A stretch of DNA of 58,191 nt, filler included, from Streblomastix strix (taxonomy: Eukaryota): NCBI GenBank assembly GCA_008636045.1. It is 2 parts of 2 records of this genome, joined end to end, with 100 filler letters (N's around TTAATTAATTAA, not from the genome) between each part and the next. Parts side by side here need not be neighbours in the genome. Positions count along the whole stretch, not along the records: positions 1 to 29,056 come from SNRW01000109.1; 1 more part is not named here. One strand, given 5' to 3'. Position 1 is the stretch's first letter. Every line of letters begins with the position of its first letter. Below the pieces are notes generated by a model, which saw only the letters and a list, made by a program, of their open reading frames with translations, did not search any database and was not told where the DNA came from. A program made the position numbers and the translations under genes. Positions 1-14,400 of the stretch are shown here, in pieces.

Positions 1-2
1 TT

Positions 3-2081
3 GTCATTGGGAGACATAATGCAATCCCTTAACCAAGTGGAGATATGAGTTATGCAGTTATGTTTGTAGTTGATGATGCTTCAGATAAAAGAAGGAAAAG
101 AGATTTAGAGATAATACGCAATGGTGGGAATCCTTATTTAGGAGAAGAAGTAGATGTTAATAATGATGAATTAATGAGCATGTAAAGTGAGATGAGTATA
201 ATGAGCTCATTAAATAGTAACATCAATGAATCAGTTGTATCTGAAATGAGGCCTCAATCTTCATCAAATCCAGGTGCTACTTATGGTCCTGGATAAATAG
301 GGAGTGTTAGAGGATAATAAAAAGGTAATGAAAGAGGATAATAGAACAGAAGAGGAAGAGGAAGAGGAAGAGTATAGTAAGGAAGGGGTAAAGATATTGA
401 GAGCATTTCACACTTCATTCCACCTCAATTGGACATAAATTGTGTTTATGCTGATGATGATGATGATATTTATGATGATACTGTTCAGAATATTAATAAT
501 GAAACAAACACATCACAACAAAACACAAAGTAACAAGGAAAACAATAAAGAAAAAATAAAAACAAGGATAATAATTAACAAAATAAGGATTAAAACTAAA
601 ACTAATCAAAATAGAAATTAAATCAAAAGAATTAAGAGAAAAATGATTAGAGAGGAAAAATAAAAGAATAAACAGATAGTGAAAATTAGGACGCATAATC
701 TAATAATCAAGAAGAAGATGATGATGATAATATATTAAATAAAGTTGAAGAAGAAGAATCTTAAGATAAAATAGATAAGAAATAAGAGGATGAATAATCT
801 TAATCAAGTGATGATTAAAATGATTCATAAATAAAAGATAAACAATAAAGTAAATAAATCACTTCATAATAAGTTGGCTCAAATGCTCCAAAATAGCTCC
901 CTCAAATACCTTAGAATCTCAAACGTGGCCAAAGATCAAAATATAGAAAGATTCTAAAGAAATATGGAGATTAGGATGAAGAGGAGAGACGTGTAAGAAT
1001 GGCTCTTATTCATGGAGGGAGTGCAGCTGAAGCTCTTCTTGCTGCTGCACAAGGCAATGAAGAAGGTTCAACTGGGAAGAAAGAAAGCATAGTCACAAAG
1101 AATATTGCTGCATTGATGGCAGACAATCCACTTCCTGGGTTTCTTAAAACTGAAGAAGAAAGAAAAGCTGAAAAATAGAAGTAAATGAAAGAAGAAGAAG
1201 AAAGGAAAATAAAATAAAAAGAAGCATAAAAAGGGAAGAAAAAGAAGAAGAATAAGAAAGATAAAGAAAAGAAGAATAAATGGGCAGAAAATCTGAATAT
1301 TATAGAAGTGAATAATAAGGAAGATGATTCAGAAGAGAAACCTCATGTTGAACTTCCACGATCTTTCTATGGGGCCACAACATCTGAAGACGTCAATACT
1401 GAGGGGAAAGATGTAAATTAATCACAAATTCTTGTTTGTTATTATTGCAAGTAATCTGGTCATGTTAAACGAGATTGTCCACTGTTGAAGTAAAACAAAC
1501 AAGGAATATCAAACAATAATGATGAAACAAATAAAGATGCAATTGGGAAAGATGTTGATATAACTGAGCCATCAGATGAAAATGAATAGAAGATTTAAGA
1601 AGATGAAATCAATATTGATACTAAGGAATAAAATGCAGAATAACAGAACGAAAATAGAAATAATGAAAAAGGAGATTAGAAACCATAAGCATCAGATACA
1701 GCTCTAACAATGATCAGTACATTAGTGGGTTATCCTTCTCCAAAAGACACAATAATATCTGCAATTCCAGTTGTTGTGCCATATTCAGTAGCACAAGGCA
1801 GATATAAATATTATGCCAAACTAACACCAGGACACACAAAAGCTTAAAAAGCTGCAAAAGAGGTACTGACACTATTTGCATATCACCCATTGGCGACAGA
1901 AAATGAACTTACCTTTATAAAAAGCATTGAGGATTCTGAAATGGTATTAAATATGGTTGGACCATGTCGTGTTGATGCACAGGAACTCTCTCACCAAAGA
2001 GAAAAGGAACAAAGAAAAATAAAAGAAAAGCAAAAGAAAAAAGCACAAGATTTTATAAAGAATTTAGAAATATATGAGTGA
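3..2081 (+). CDS. NEMF: Ribosome quality control factor NEMF/Rqc2, 3' part (5' truncated by window edge)
   Basis: With TAR=Gln, frame 3 reads VIGRHNAIPQPSGDMSYAVMFVVDD (end of NFACT-R), KRGQRSKYRKILKKYGDQDEEERRVRM, a CCHC knuckle CYYCKQSGHVKRDCP (1437-1481), and NFACT-C LVGYPSPKDTIISAIPVVVPYSVAQGRYKYYAKLTPG. Ends at TGA 2079-2081. Confidence 0.9.
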
Positions 2082-2456
2082 TAAATTTATGAATAAATAA
2101 TTTTGTTGTTGTTTTTAATAAAACATTATACGAGTGATGCAATTATTATATTTAAAGATAATTTTAATACTTTATTATATTTGAAATCCGATCAATAATG
2201 ATAATGAGTACTATTCAAACTATTCATGTACTGATAAATCATTCTTTAAATGATCTTTATCTTTTTATTTATGGTGAGAATATTCATTGATTTTTAAAGA
2301 CATAAAGAATAAAAAAAGTATGTATGTATTACACAGTTCTTTATTAATAATTGATATTCAATATTAAGGAAAAAAAAAGATATAGATTTTGGCAATGTTC
2401 AAGTTATTCAGAGAATTCCTTAAAACTAATAAAACATAGAAATATCAACAATTTGT

Positions 2457-5400
2457 TCACCAATTATTTCTCCATTAACCCTCGCATAAATCCTAAAGTA
2501 GTTCTGCGTAACAAAGAAGTGATAAAATATACTTAGTTTTCTCCTTTCCAACAACGCTTTCATTTTGTGATGGAAGATAAAGTGTGATCCTGAATAAATA
2601 TATATTAAAAACAATTTAAAATTTTATAATAATAAATATCATACGGGCGTGACTACCGTACAATTCCTTTGTGCACTACAATGGATCCGACAAGGTTGGA
2701 CAACATCAATATTGGGCCACTGCATATGAGATTGTGCTAAAGTTCTTCCACTGCCAAGTAACCATTGAAGGAAAGTTTGCGTTGTTAACCGTCTTAATCA
2801 TTCATCAAGATTCGCGTATGCCTTATGCAACATGGAGCTCCTACACATATCTTTCTACCACAGGCTAAGCATAACCCAATTTACTCATATGGAACTTTGT
2901 AAGTGCGGTTTTGACCATTAATCCGCTTATTACATTAAGGACAGTTTATGTGCAGAAGAGCATTAGACAGATCATCGAATGATAGAGGTAGTGAGACCAG
3001 ACGTGGCAAAAGAAGTTCTGGTGGTGCAATCGTGAATGTGCACTCACACATCTTCTGGATACATTTTTCATTTTCATCAACATTAAAAGGTGTTGTTGTT
3101 AAAAGTGATTTTTCCTCTTGATTTCTAAATTTCCCAGAAGTTAGACTGAAAAATAGTTGCAACTAAGTAATCGTTGGTGAACGGAATATAGGAATGTCAT
3201 TCAGATCGCTAACATATGAGTTGATCTCATCTTCAAGTGTTTTGCTATCTACAGGGAGAAGAGTATCAACTTCATTGTCTTTATCCATTTGTCTGGATCT
3301 TTTATTCAAATCTTTAATATCATCGACAATACTTGAAGGTTTATTTGATGATATTTATTCTGCATGATTTTTCTATTGTTCTTCAGATATCTGTGAATTT
3401 TAGATTGAAGATGATTTTGAATGTAAAATAAAAGGAGAAGCAATTGGTGTTTGTTATGGTGGTGAGCGAGAAGGATCAAATATTGGCAATGAAAGAGTAT
3501 CTGCAAATAAAATATAAATATCGAGTGGTGAATAGTGGTGCTGTTTTACATGAGATAAACTGAAGGAAGGCGATTAAGGAATATACAATGCTGAAGCAAC
3601 TTTCTCAATTTTGTTCCAGTCAGAAGAATGAACAAATATTGAAGAATAAAGAAGATATGCTTATCTTAAGAAAGACATTAGTCGAATTTGTGTATTTTGT
3701 TTATCAAACCAAGGTGATACATGCTTTTCATTTTATTATCCAATAACATTCAATCCTAATGTATTAATTGACTATCCTGTTATAGAATCTGATATTATAT
3801 TTACACATTCAGCAAAGAATTCTGGTGTTATAGGCTGACATCTCCATATTTATTTATGATTCTTCAAAACTTGTTGATTAATCTATTAATTCTTAGCATC
3901 ATCATTAACTAAAAGACTCTATAAAAGATGATTTGCATTTAATACAATTTAATTGTTTTCATCTTAAGTTTCTGTATAAGCATTATCAACAGATAATGAT
4001 ACAACAAGAGCAACAAGAAGAGAAGTTGGATCACTACATATATATTATTGGATTTAAGTAATTCCAGATAATTTCTCTTTTTCTTCATCTAAAATCTATT
4101 AAGTTTTTTCATCAAAAGAAGAAATGATTGAAATAATTTCTGCAGCTTACCACATAAGATTAGCTGTAGCGACTTCAAGAGCAACTGCACGAGCAAGATT
4201 CTTGTGCTACCCTTTAAATCCCCTGGCAATATTGAGTACAAGTTCTGCTTGGAAAAGTGAAGCAAGTGTCGTTGCTTGTGTTTCATTTAAAGCGAATTTC
4301 TTTGTCGCCATTGGAAGATATGGTTCTGTTATTGAATGATCCTTATTCTGATCATGAAGATCTCTCTTTGAAATCCAGAAATCTATGGCAGAGTTGAAAT
4401 ATTGAGATTGTGCAGATCTGTAAGAAGCTTAAGATTAATTTGATGGCACTGAATCTAAATAAGATGAAGGAAGATAATCTTTTTAAGAATTAGAAATTAT
4501 ATCCACAGGAATAGATAATTAAATTGAATGGTTAACAAATTGCTCGTTTTACTTGTATTACAGCAGTTAAACACGTGTTCTATTAATTTTATCAGTGTTT
4601 TATTCTTATACAGAAACCTACGAAGCAATATTTAAATGTTAGTTGTCCAAGTCATATTAACTAATATTCTAATCTGTCTTTTCAATTCTATCATCTCTAA
4701 ATTCCTCCTGATCATCGTCTTCTTGATTCTTATATGATCTATTAACATTCTCGTAAATGAAATCAAACTATGCATTACCAGGGAGATATAGAGGACGTAA
4801 TCCCCATTCGATAGATGCGAGTGTTCCCACCAGAGCCTAAATTAATGGATTTTAAGTATTCAATTATTTGTCATTGTTTTCTCTTATTTATAATGATAAA
4901 TATATATCTAAAAGTGTGCGATTAAGTCTTTCAAGGAGTATTTTACTAGTTTCAATGATTTTATTTTATTTATTATCTAATGAATGTTCTTAAGATGCAT
5001 CTCTAAACTAAACAAGATTGGTTGCTTAAACTTTGATTTCCTTTAATTCTTTTTCAAATTCTAATAAATTAAATTAATGGATTTCTAATTCTTTTGTTTA
5101 GAGATTATGCGCAATAGGAGGTAAAGGAGCGTTTTAATCCTAATCAGTAAATTATTATTTTGTTTAATTAATGCTATCTTATTTTTGATCTTTTAAATTG
5201 GTAAATTCGAAATTATAATTATTTTCTTATGATTCATCATTAAATCTTATCAAATTAGGGAGTTGTAATACAGCCATCATTTTGAATACAGCGTTTCTGG
5301 GGATTGTTTGCTTCAAACTTTAGAAAGCGTTAGTCTTCATATTTAAGAAAGGAGAACTTAATTTATCTGGAGATATGCAATTGATTGGATATCCAGATAA

Positions 5401-8400
5401 ACGTCCTCCTTGGAATAAGAGCTGCAAAGTGAAGATGTTGATTTCAGATTTGAAGTTTTATATTAAACTTGTGTTGGAAAAAGTTGATAAAGGGTATCTG
5501 GTGGTATTTGATTCATTATGTTAATTATTAGAGGCTTTTAATTCAGAAGCTTTGTCTAATGGAATAATGAGAAGTGATCTCTCATTAATTGATTCCTGTT
5601 CTTTTTCTTCTTCTATTTCTTCATTATTCTTCTAAGTATATTTTGCAGACCCTGCAGCAAATATTGGTAGAAGTGTATTACTAATTCGCTTGCATGTAGG
5701 ACAATTGAATTCTGGAGCAAACGGATCAAGAATATTTTGCTTATTTATCTCTGAATTAACTACAGAACTTTAATTAATATGTGGTGATTTATTTTTCGTT
5801 AGAATTGATTATATATAGCATTCTTAATGTACAACATGTCCACAAGTATTTACAAGATATCCTTTCTTTATGAAACACTACGATGACGTTTTTGTTTATT
5901 AACTCAATTAATCTACAGTTTCACTGCTTGTAGCTTAATATGGTAAATGTGCAGTGTTCACTTGATTGAAATATTGTGACGGGTTTTCTCTTGTGAATAA
6001 TTTCTCACAATCAGTATTTCCCCATAAATCTGTTTATCCTCCCAAAATAAGTGCATTTGAAGCCTGAATCAAACGAGATGGTCGAAGTGGTCCTTCTAAT
6101 GGAGGGAAAAGAGTGAAGTTTGTATTGATATCATTTAATCCACTATTTTATATCTTTCCTAATGTATTACTTGAAATATCCTTTTGTAATCTTTTACGTG
6201 ACTGTTTTCCATTTCCATCATCTTATTCATTTTTATTATTTTTGCCAGTAGTGTTATATTTTCTCTTATTAATATCACTATACAATTTATTCTTACTTTA
6301 TACACCAATAATTGATCTCTTCTTTTTAATTACACCTTATCTAATACTTTTAGTACCAATTATTTATGTCCCAGTCGTTAAACCAACTGGAAGAACATTG
6401 TTTTTCTTGATGATATGATCATGTAAATGTTTATATTATTTATTCTATCTTGTATTCTTCTTTTTTTTATCATTTATATTATTGCTATTTGCATATATTT
6501 CCTTTTATTAATTTGCAGAACTTTTAGTGAACAATCCAGTTTCACTCTCACTTGATGTGCTCTGATCACTGCTTTGACTCAAAGATCCACTTGATGGATC
6601 ATCTCTATCTATACGCGATGATAAGATGCTACTGTTGCTGAAACTATTACTCGATTAAGATCCATCATCTTCACTTTTTATATGATCTGATGCTCCAATA
6701 CTTTCTGAATCATTACCTTCTTCAGTAATCTCATCTTCTTTAGCTATTTATCCATCTTTATCTATTTTCATTTATTTATCAATTAATGGCTTATGTAAAT
6801 CAGATTCCTCTACATTTTCTGTTGCTGTTGATGTAGACTCGTCATTATCACTAATATATTCTCCATCTTCATTATTAATATTCATATTATTGTTATTAGG
6901 TTATGATAATTCATCTTATCGATTGTCAATACTTATACTCTGATTTTATTTGGATTATTCAAATATTTCTTTATCTTCTCCAGATTAATCTTTTATCATA
7001 ACTGCTTTTTCATTTAAGTTATCCTTTTCTTCCTATTTTACTCCATTATTAATATTTTATTTTTATATCTTTGTACTTTACCAATCTTAATATTTAGGTT
7101 TCCGAATTTGTTTTCTACTCTTTTTCTTAGGGGGATACTTACGTTTGACATCCATATCATCAAAGAAAGCATTGTGAGCAGAGAAGTTAACTATCATTCC
7201 ATCTCCATCCTCATCATAATCCTCTGCATTTTATCCTTTTTCTTCTTCTGCTTCTTCTGCTTCTCCTTCTTCTTCACTTTCATCCTGACTCAAAGGTTCT
7301 GGAATTTAACTTTCAATATCTTCATCATCATCATCTTCATCTTCTTCCTCAAATTCATATTCTTCTTCTTCTTCAATCAAATCTCCTCCAGAGTCAGTCT
7401 CATCATCAATTTATTACTATTAATTCTCTCCTTAATTGCATTCATCAGTCTTATTTTATTAATTAGTCATAGAATCTGAATTCAAATTAAAATCCTATTC
7501 ATTTTGATCTACACTATCTTCTACTTATCTATTAAGATCCCGAATGAATTATGAATTATCTGGAATTCCTAAATTTCGATCGTCATTTTCATCTTCTGGG
7601 CTTGTGCTTGGAACTGAATCAATTGATGTATCATCTTCATCTTTATGATTAGAATTTTTATCTAATTACTTTCGTATTTATTCTTCAATTCTCTTTTAAA
7701 TTTATTCAGCATTTTTACTCTAATCAAACCTTTTCTTCTTTTATTAATCTTTCGACTTCAATTTTTTATCTTTTATCTTTACATCTTTCTATATTCCATC
7801 TTTTTATTCTAAATTCACTTGATTATTTTCCTGGTTGTCAATGTAAGGATTATTTTCAATGGATTCTTATTCAAAAAATGTTGGTTTTTCATCTTAATCT
7901 TGATTGGTTTTTTATTATAAAGCAAATTTCTCATCTAATTATTTTTATCTTATTTTCTCAATAGATAATACTTTGTTCTTAAGTTGGCTAGGTTATGAAG
8001 GACAAGTAGGCGATCGTTAGCGTATAGAACGATTAGGATTCTAATTATTTACTTGTGCAATATTTTATTGAGTGTTTTGAAGTGGTTGCAGAGGATTAAT
8101 GTTTCCAGATTAAAGAGAAGGAGATTTAATAAGAGGAGAAGTAGGAGATTTATTAAGAGGAGAAGCAGGAACAGATTAATGTGGAGATTAATCTGTCTAT
8201 GATTGTATATTATATGATTAACGAGAAGAGGATTTATTAAGTTGCGGTTGTGGTTATTCTGGTTTTTATTCATTAACTTTAGGATCAAACTAATTCGTGA
8301 ACTGTTTGAGTTATTATTTCGCTTATAATACATCATTATCATCCATCTTCAATGTTGATTTGTCTCTCTTTAATGTTGGCACATTCTTCATTCCATCTTT

Positions 8401-11400
8401 CTCTCTTTCATACACTGCAATACTGTGGGATTTGGCTATTTCTTATTATTCACGTATTGCATTGGCTTCTGAGTATATAGTTGATTAGGGCTTCTTTGGA
8501 GATAACAATACTAGTTGAGAAGATTAATTGTCTGCTGGAGGTGAGAGTGAAAGTGGATTCAAATTGAAAAAGTTGCTGTTATCTTAATCTAAATCTAACG
8601 TAGAAGATAATTGATCAGACATTTTAATGAGCTTTTATTCCAAGCGTGTTTCAAACTGATGCCTGTTTGTGTCTGAAATCTCTTCCAGTCCATCAGATTC
8701 TACATTTGAAATGTCTCCAATTTGCATCATTTTGTCTTCTTTTTCATTCTTCCAATGTTTTGATTTCTTATTAACATGTTTACCTGATTTCCACCATATT
8801 TTTTTATTTGCGAATTTTGCTTTCATACTTTTTAAATTTGATTCATTTGATCCGATTTAATTCTAAAATAATTTATCATTCGAATCAGTTTATTTTTTAT
8901 CCTATTCTTTTATTTCTTATTATTCGGAGCGAAGATGATATACTGCAGATGAATTCAATGTCTGCAAAGTGTTTCTGCAGTCAACAAGTGCAACGTATCC
9001 AGCTGCTTAACCTTTCAGAATGTGCTTCTAACATAGTGCGCACATATGTCCTGTTTTTTATTCCAATTATATTTCTTCTAATTTCACATCGTTTATTTTC
9101 TCTTCTATTTAAATTGTAGGAATAAGATCTTCTTTCTTATCTTTTAATTATTACAGTTTCTTTCCTTCTTTTTCTAATTGAATACTATTTACATCAACTG
9201 AAAGTTTTTGATCTATTTTTTCTTATATGGGTTTTTACTCAATTTAATTTGTAATTTTGGAACTTGCATCTTTTTTAACACCAATTTATGCAAGATTTTT
9301 ATATAAAACAGAAGATTTTTCATTTTAATTATTAATTTTTATATGAATCTTATTATTGAGCTATTTTTTATCTTCATCTTTAACTTATTATTAATAAAAT
9401 ACCTTTGTTACAAATCTAAGACGGAATAAGATTCTGCTTATAAGAGGTTCTATTATAGGAGAGTTCAGCACTAATTTCTTTCTGATGAATTTAGATTCAT
9501 TAAGATCTTCTACTTCTTCATCTTCTTCTGAATCGTTTTCTTTTCTTTCTTTCTTCTATTCCAAATCCTTGATCAATTATTTCTATTCATCAATTTTATC
9601 ATTTTTTTATGCAGATGCTTGATGATGTTCAGATGTGTGTATAAGATTATAAACTTAGTAGATCATCTTTGCAATGCTTAATTTTTCTATTTTAAGTTCA
9701 TTTGAATGTGTCGATAATTCAGTTAATTCCCTCAATTTCCAAGAAGGTTACGGACTGTCTTTATATGCATCACATGCGCAATGATGTCTGTAATACAGTG
9801 CATCTAAGAAAGTTGCATTACTCTAACATGGTAATGAGAGAGGATGAGAAGAATCTCCACACAATTGAGGTTGAGTGTAAATCAACTCTGATTAATTCAC
9901 ATCTTTTGATGTTTGAGGAAGATTCCATTGTTTGCTGAAATTTAATGTCGTGTCTAATAATCTTAAACAGCCTAAAAGAAGATCTTCCAGAGCTGCTGCT
10001 GATGTAAAATCAATTCCAGGAATCGCTTTGGGGAATAATGAAATTTCCTGTTGTGTTATTCCATTTGGGAGAGATACAATATTTCTAAGATTTGGTGAAT
10101 GTGATGCTTATCTTGTTTATGAAGCAGCCAAAGCAGCTGATGTTAATGATTGAGAAGCTGGAGACAGAGAAATAATTGACGTGGATAAATTTATTTGTGA
10201 TTTATTGCGTTGAATGTTTGGTGACATTGAATCGAATTTAAATTTTGTTACTTTTTCTCCTTCTGCTCCTTTTCCACTGATACTAACTTGACTGAGTGCT
10301 GTTGTACTTGAGTGAATATTAATAGAATGAACATCAACATGAATATTTGCTTTACTTTTATCAAATGGAACAAATGGTTGATAAGTTTTTGGTGCTTAGG
10401 ATGTATCAGAAGGTTTAATCATAGACCATCCTTGATTAGGTGGATTCAAAGTGTTTGATTGTGGTGAAGGGAATCCAATAGATTGGTGCATTGAGCTTTA
10501 GGAGTTTAATGTTCCAGTTGCTTTTGCTAAAGCGCCAGCTCCAGAATAGCTAAGAGATGGTATGAAACTAGAAGATTGTGAAAGTGTATTCAGAGCTATT
10601 ATCTCATCTCGTGTATATCCTTCCAAAGATGGATAAATAATATTCTGTATAAGACCTTTACCATGAAGTATTGCGTGTAATACATACCATATCATCCCCA
10701 ATACTCCACGCGATGTGCAAACATCAAATAAATGAGACATTGCTGGATTTGCAGGAGTCAAATGAGGAATTCCAGGAAGAGCTGGAAGTATAGACCAATG
10801 ATTTATATTTGATTCATTCTTTTGTTGAGAAGCTTCTTTTATACTCTTGATTGAAAATGGAAGTGACTATAAACTTCCAGAACTAGCTACTGGTGAAATA
10901 TTTCCATCATTTTCATCATCACCTTCATCATCTTCAACATCTCCATTTGTATCAGTTTATTATTCTTCTATTTCTTCTGGATCTTCTTCTGGTTTGTAAT
11001 AATATATTTAGTGCTTAGTAAGTTGACTCCTTATTCGCTCAGACAATGATATTCTACGTTGTGGTGTCAAATGGCTATGATATAGATCAACAAACAACCA
11101 TGCATCTCTTCTCAATCCAAGAGTTCGTGCTCTTCCTCTCTGAACTACTTGAATAGAATTGAGAATTGGTTCAAAGGCTGGTGAGTGGGTCATAAATGCT
11201 GGGAGCTCCTCATAAAGAGCAACTCTTGTCTTGTCTTCCTATGCAAGTGCAGATGCAATGTTTGTCCTAATGGAATTGACTGTAAGAATCAAAGCTGGTT
11301 CACCATCAATAAGGAGATTTGGAACATGTTTTTTCTCTTTTCCATTTTCTTGGATATATTAATTGGTACTCGCCCTTAAAGGCATGTTTCTATCAATGCA

Positions 11401-14400
11401 AAGTGAAACTAACAGTCCGACAAAATTAGAAGCAAAAGTAACAGCTTCATTTGTGTCTAATCCCCATCTGACTCCGACTCTTTCAATCTTTGATGGGATT
11501 TAAGAGAGTAATTATGAAGATGACTTATTAATGGGTGATGATGGTGCATTTGTTAATGGTTAACTGTCTAAATACATTTGTTTCTGATTTAATACATCTT
11601 TCTTATCCTATTTATGGCAAAAAAGCATCGCATTCCAATACCAAGGTGGTAAGAAGAAGAAATCAAGATGGAACAATGAGAGAGCCAAAGTAAAGAATCT
11701 TGTCCATCCTGCAGCACAAACTGTTGTTTATAGTGCAAATATATCTGGAAGCAAGAAACGTATCCACATTGATGGTGAGTAATACAATCGAGCTAATGTT
11801 TCCACTGCAAATCCATTATGCTGCCAAAGTCTTCCTGAAAAGAGCTATGCAAATGTAAGATGAATTTGGAGTGGTTCCTAAGCAAGAAGTAATGCTTCTT
11901 CAGGACTAAGAAGTTTATGCAATATAGTCTGAGGACATGAATCACTATCAATTGTAACTGGAAGTATATCCTATGAGTTTAATTGAGGTGAATCTTTAGA
12001 ATCAGAATTAGGTGATGTTGGTTAAGGTTAAATAATACTTGACTGCATTATTTCCTATCCATTAATATTCTACAATGCGAGGAATTTAGATGCAGCATAG
12101 GCAAACATGCGGTGAAGTGGCGAATGTATGGAAAATGGATGTTCAAAGTGGAGTTTGCGTATAATAATTGCTGAGATGAACTGTTTTAATAATTTTGTTT
12201 CAGATTGTTAACTTGGAATTGAATATACACTATTAGGGCTTCCGATACTTGTAGTTGTGCTATCCAAATTAGCTGGAGTGTTTGATCTACTTTAGTTGCC
12301 ATCTTTATTTGGTTCAGTTTTATCATATTCTTGTCCTGATCCTAATGCTTGTTAATTGGTTTTAGAATTTGTGAAGAAAAGTTGAGATGATGAAGTGGGT
12401 TTATAAAACTGCTTCTTTAAAGCCAAAGTTGGAACTTATTCACCAAATACAGATTGTTCAGAAGGATCAACAACAACAGATTATGAAGCAGAATCTGAAG
12501 GGAGAGGCATTGGAAGTCTCTAAAACATTGCAGAAAAGCTTCTCTGAATTTGTCTTTATTAAACAGCTGGGGAATTAGAAACATTATCTACATGGCGGAA
12601 TACTGGAGATTGAACAACAGATTGTTAATCCTATAATGAGATGGGCCTTTTAGTAATTGGAGTGAATTGAAGATCTAGTTTAGAAGGAGATGACGGAGGA
12701 GATGTTGATACTTTAGACTCAACAAATGCATCCACTGTTTGTATTGGCTCAACTTATGGCTGACTTGATACAGAAGCAGGTGATAATGCAACTGTATATC
12801 TCTTTTGGATGTTCAATGCTGTATGTTATTGTGAATTAGAAAGTATTGGTGATGAGGATTTTGCTGTTTATTAACCATTGAGGCTTCCTTTACTTTAAGA
12901 TCCTGACATTTTATCAGTTAATTTTACTGAATGACGAGCTTAATTTTCTTCCAGGCGTTGATGAGCCATCAATTCATCAAATTTTGAAGCTTCATTAAAC
13001 ATCTCAGAAATTTAAGCACGGCTCCTCGTGAATAAAATTCCTTCAATCTTTTTCAGTAAATCTTCATTGTGACCTTAATCATCCATAAAATCCATATTCT
13101 ACACACGAGATTGGAGTAACTAAGGGACTTAATTCCATATAAGGTCCACAAACAAAGGAAGTTGAGCAGCAGGATCAGGTCTATAAGGCAACATGTATAC
13201 AAGAGGTGAACGAGACATTGAACGCATTGTTATTCGCTCTACAAAATGTCTGGCCAATGATGTTGCAGCTGTATGTGTTGGTAAAGCAAGAGTCATTATG
13301 ACATTAAGTTTAGCAATTGCAGATAGTTCAAGCTGCATATCAAATTCAGCAGGAGTATCCAAGTATCCTTATGAATCTAGTACTCTAATTACTGGAAATG
13401 TGTTGGAATGTGCAGTAACAGTTGTAACTAAAGGATCTATGGCCACTGAATGTGTTCTGTTTAGATTAGTACTTCCTGCAGACCATAGAAGATGAACAAG
13501 TTGTGATGAAAATGCAGATTGAGATGTATTAAGAAGAGAATAACTGGATAATGAAGATGGGGAAGTAGGATATGACAGCATTGGAGATTTCTACAATAAT
13601 TATCCTGGAGTCAACATCGTATTGGATCTTTAATGCTTAATAACTCCAATTACTGGTGATGTTGGAGTTACTACAAGTAATGGAGATCCTTTATTTGATC
13701 CACCAGAAGACATGGCCATTGCAGCTGCTCTCAGACCCCTCAATGATCCTCCTGCATTCAGTTTAATATCATGAAGATCATTCTGTTGCTGATTAATTAT
13801 ATTGGTTGAAATTGGAGCTGTAGGAGTGGAAGTAGATAGTATCTATTAATCAGTATATTCTTATCCATATTGAACACTTAACGGAGATGCTATATCTACT
13901 GCATTTTATGATTATATAGAAGGTGTTTTCATTGCAGAAGGTGATACAGATTATGCAGGTGATATTATATCCATTGTTTATTAAGGTTATGAAAGTGATG
14001 ATACAAGAATATCTGAGAATTATCTAACTGAAAAAGCTGCACAAAGATCATTGAGTATTGCATGGACTTATTCAGCACGTGGTTGAAGTGCTGTCCAATC
14101 AAGGACATTAATATCAGTTGGGAAATATTGAGTTAAATCACCATTTTTAGATATTCTTTCTTATTTATCCTAAGATCGTATCTATAAACGTATATGATCA
14201 GTGAAACTTGCATGATGTGCATATTTTGCATGTTGTTCCTATAAGTATCTCAAACGGTTTGATCTTGAGTTATGAAAGTTTAGTCTTTCAAGGAGTTCTG
14301 TGCGTGGAACAGCAAGGTTGTTACGATTCAATCCTGTTCTATCAATGTGAGCAACAAGAAGAACCATTGAAGGAACCACACAAGGATCCAAACTAATCTG

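Noticed and set aside
2504..2532. Possible 29-nt second intron in the UBR gene
   Set aside because: The unspliced frame gives a UBR-like ending (YILSLLCYAELLQDL...W*), so no intron is needed.
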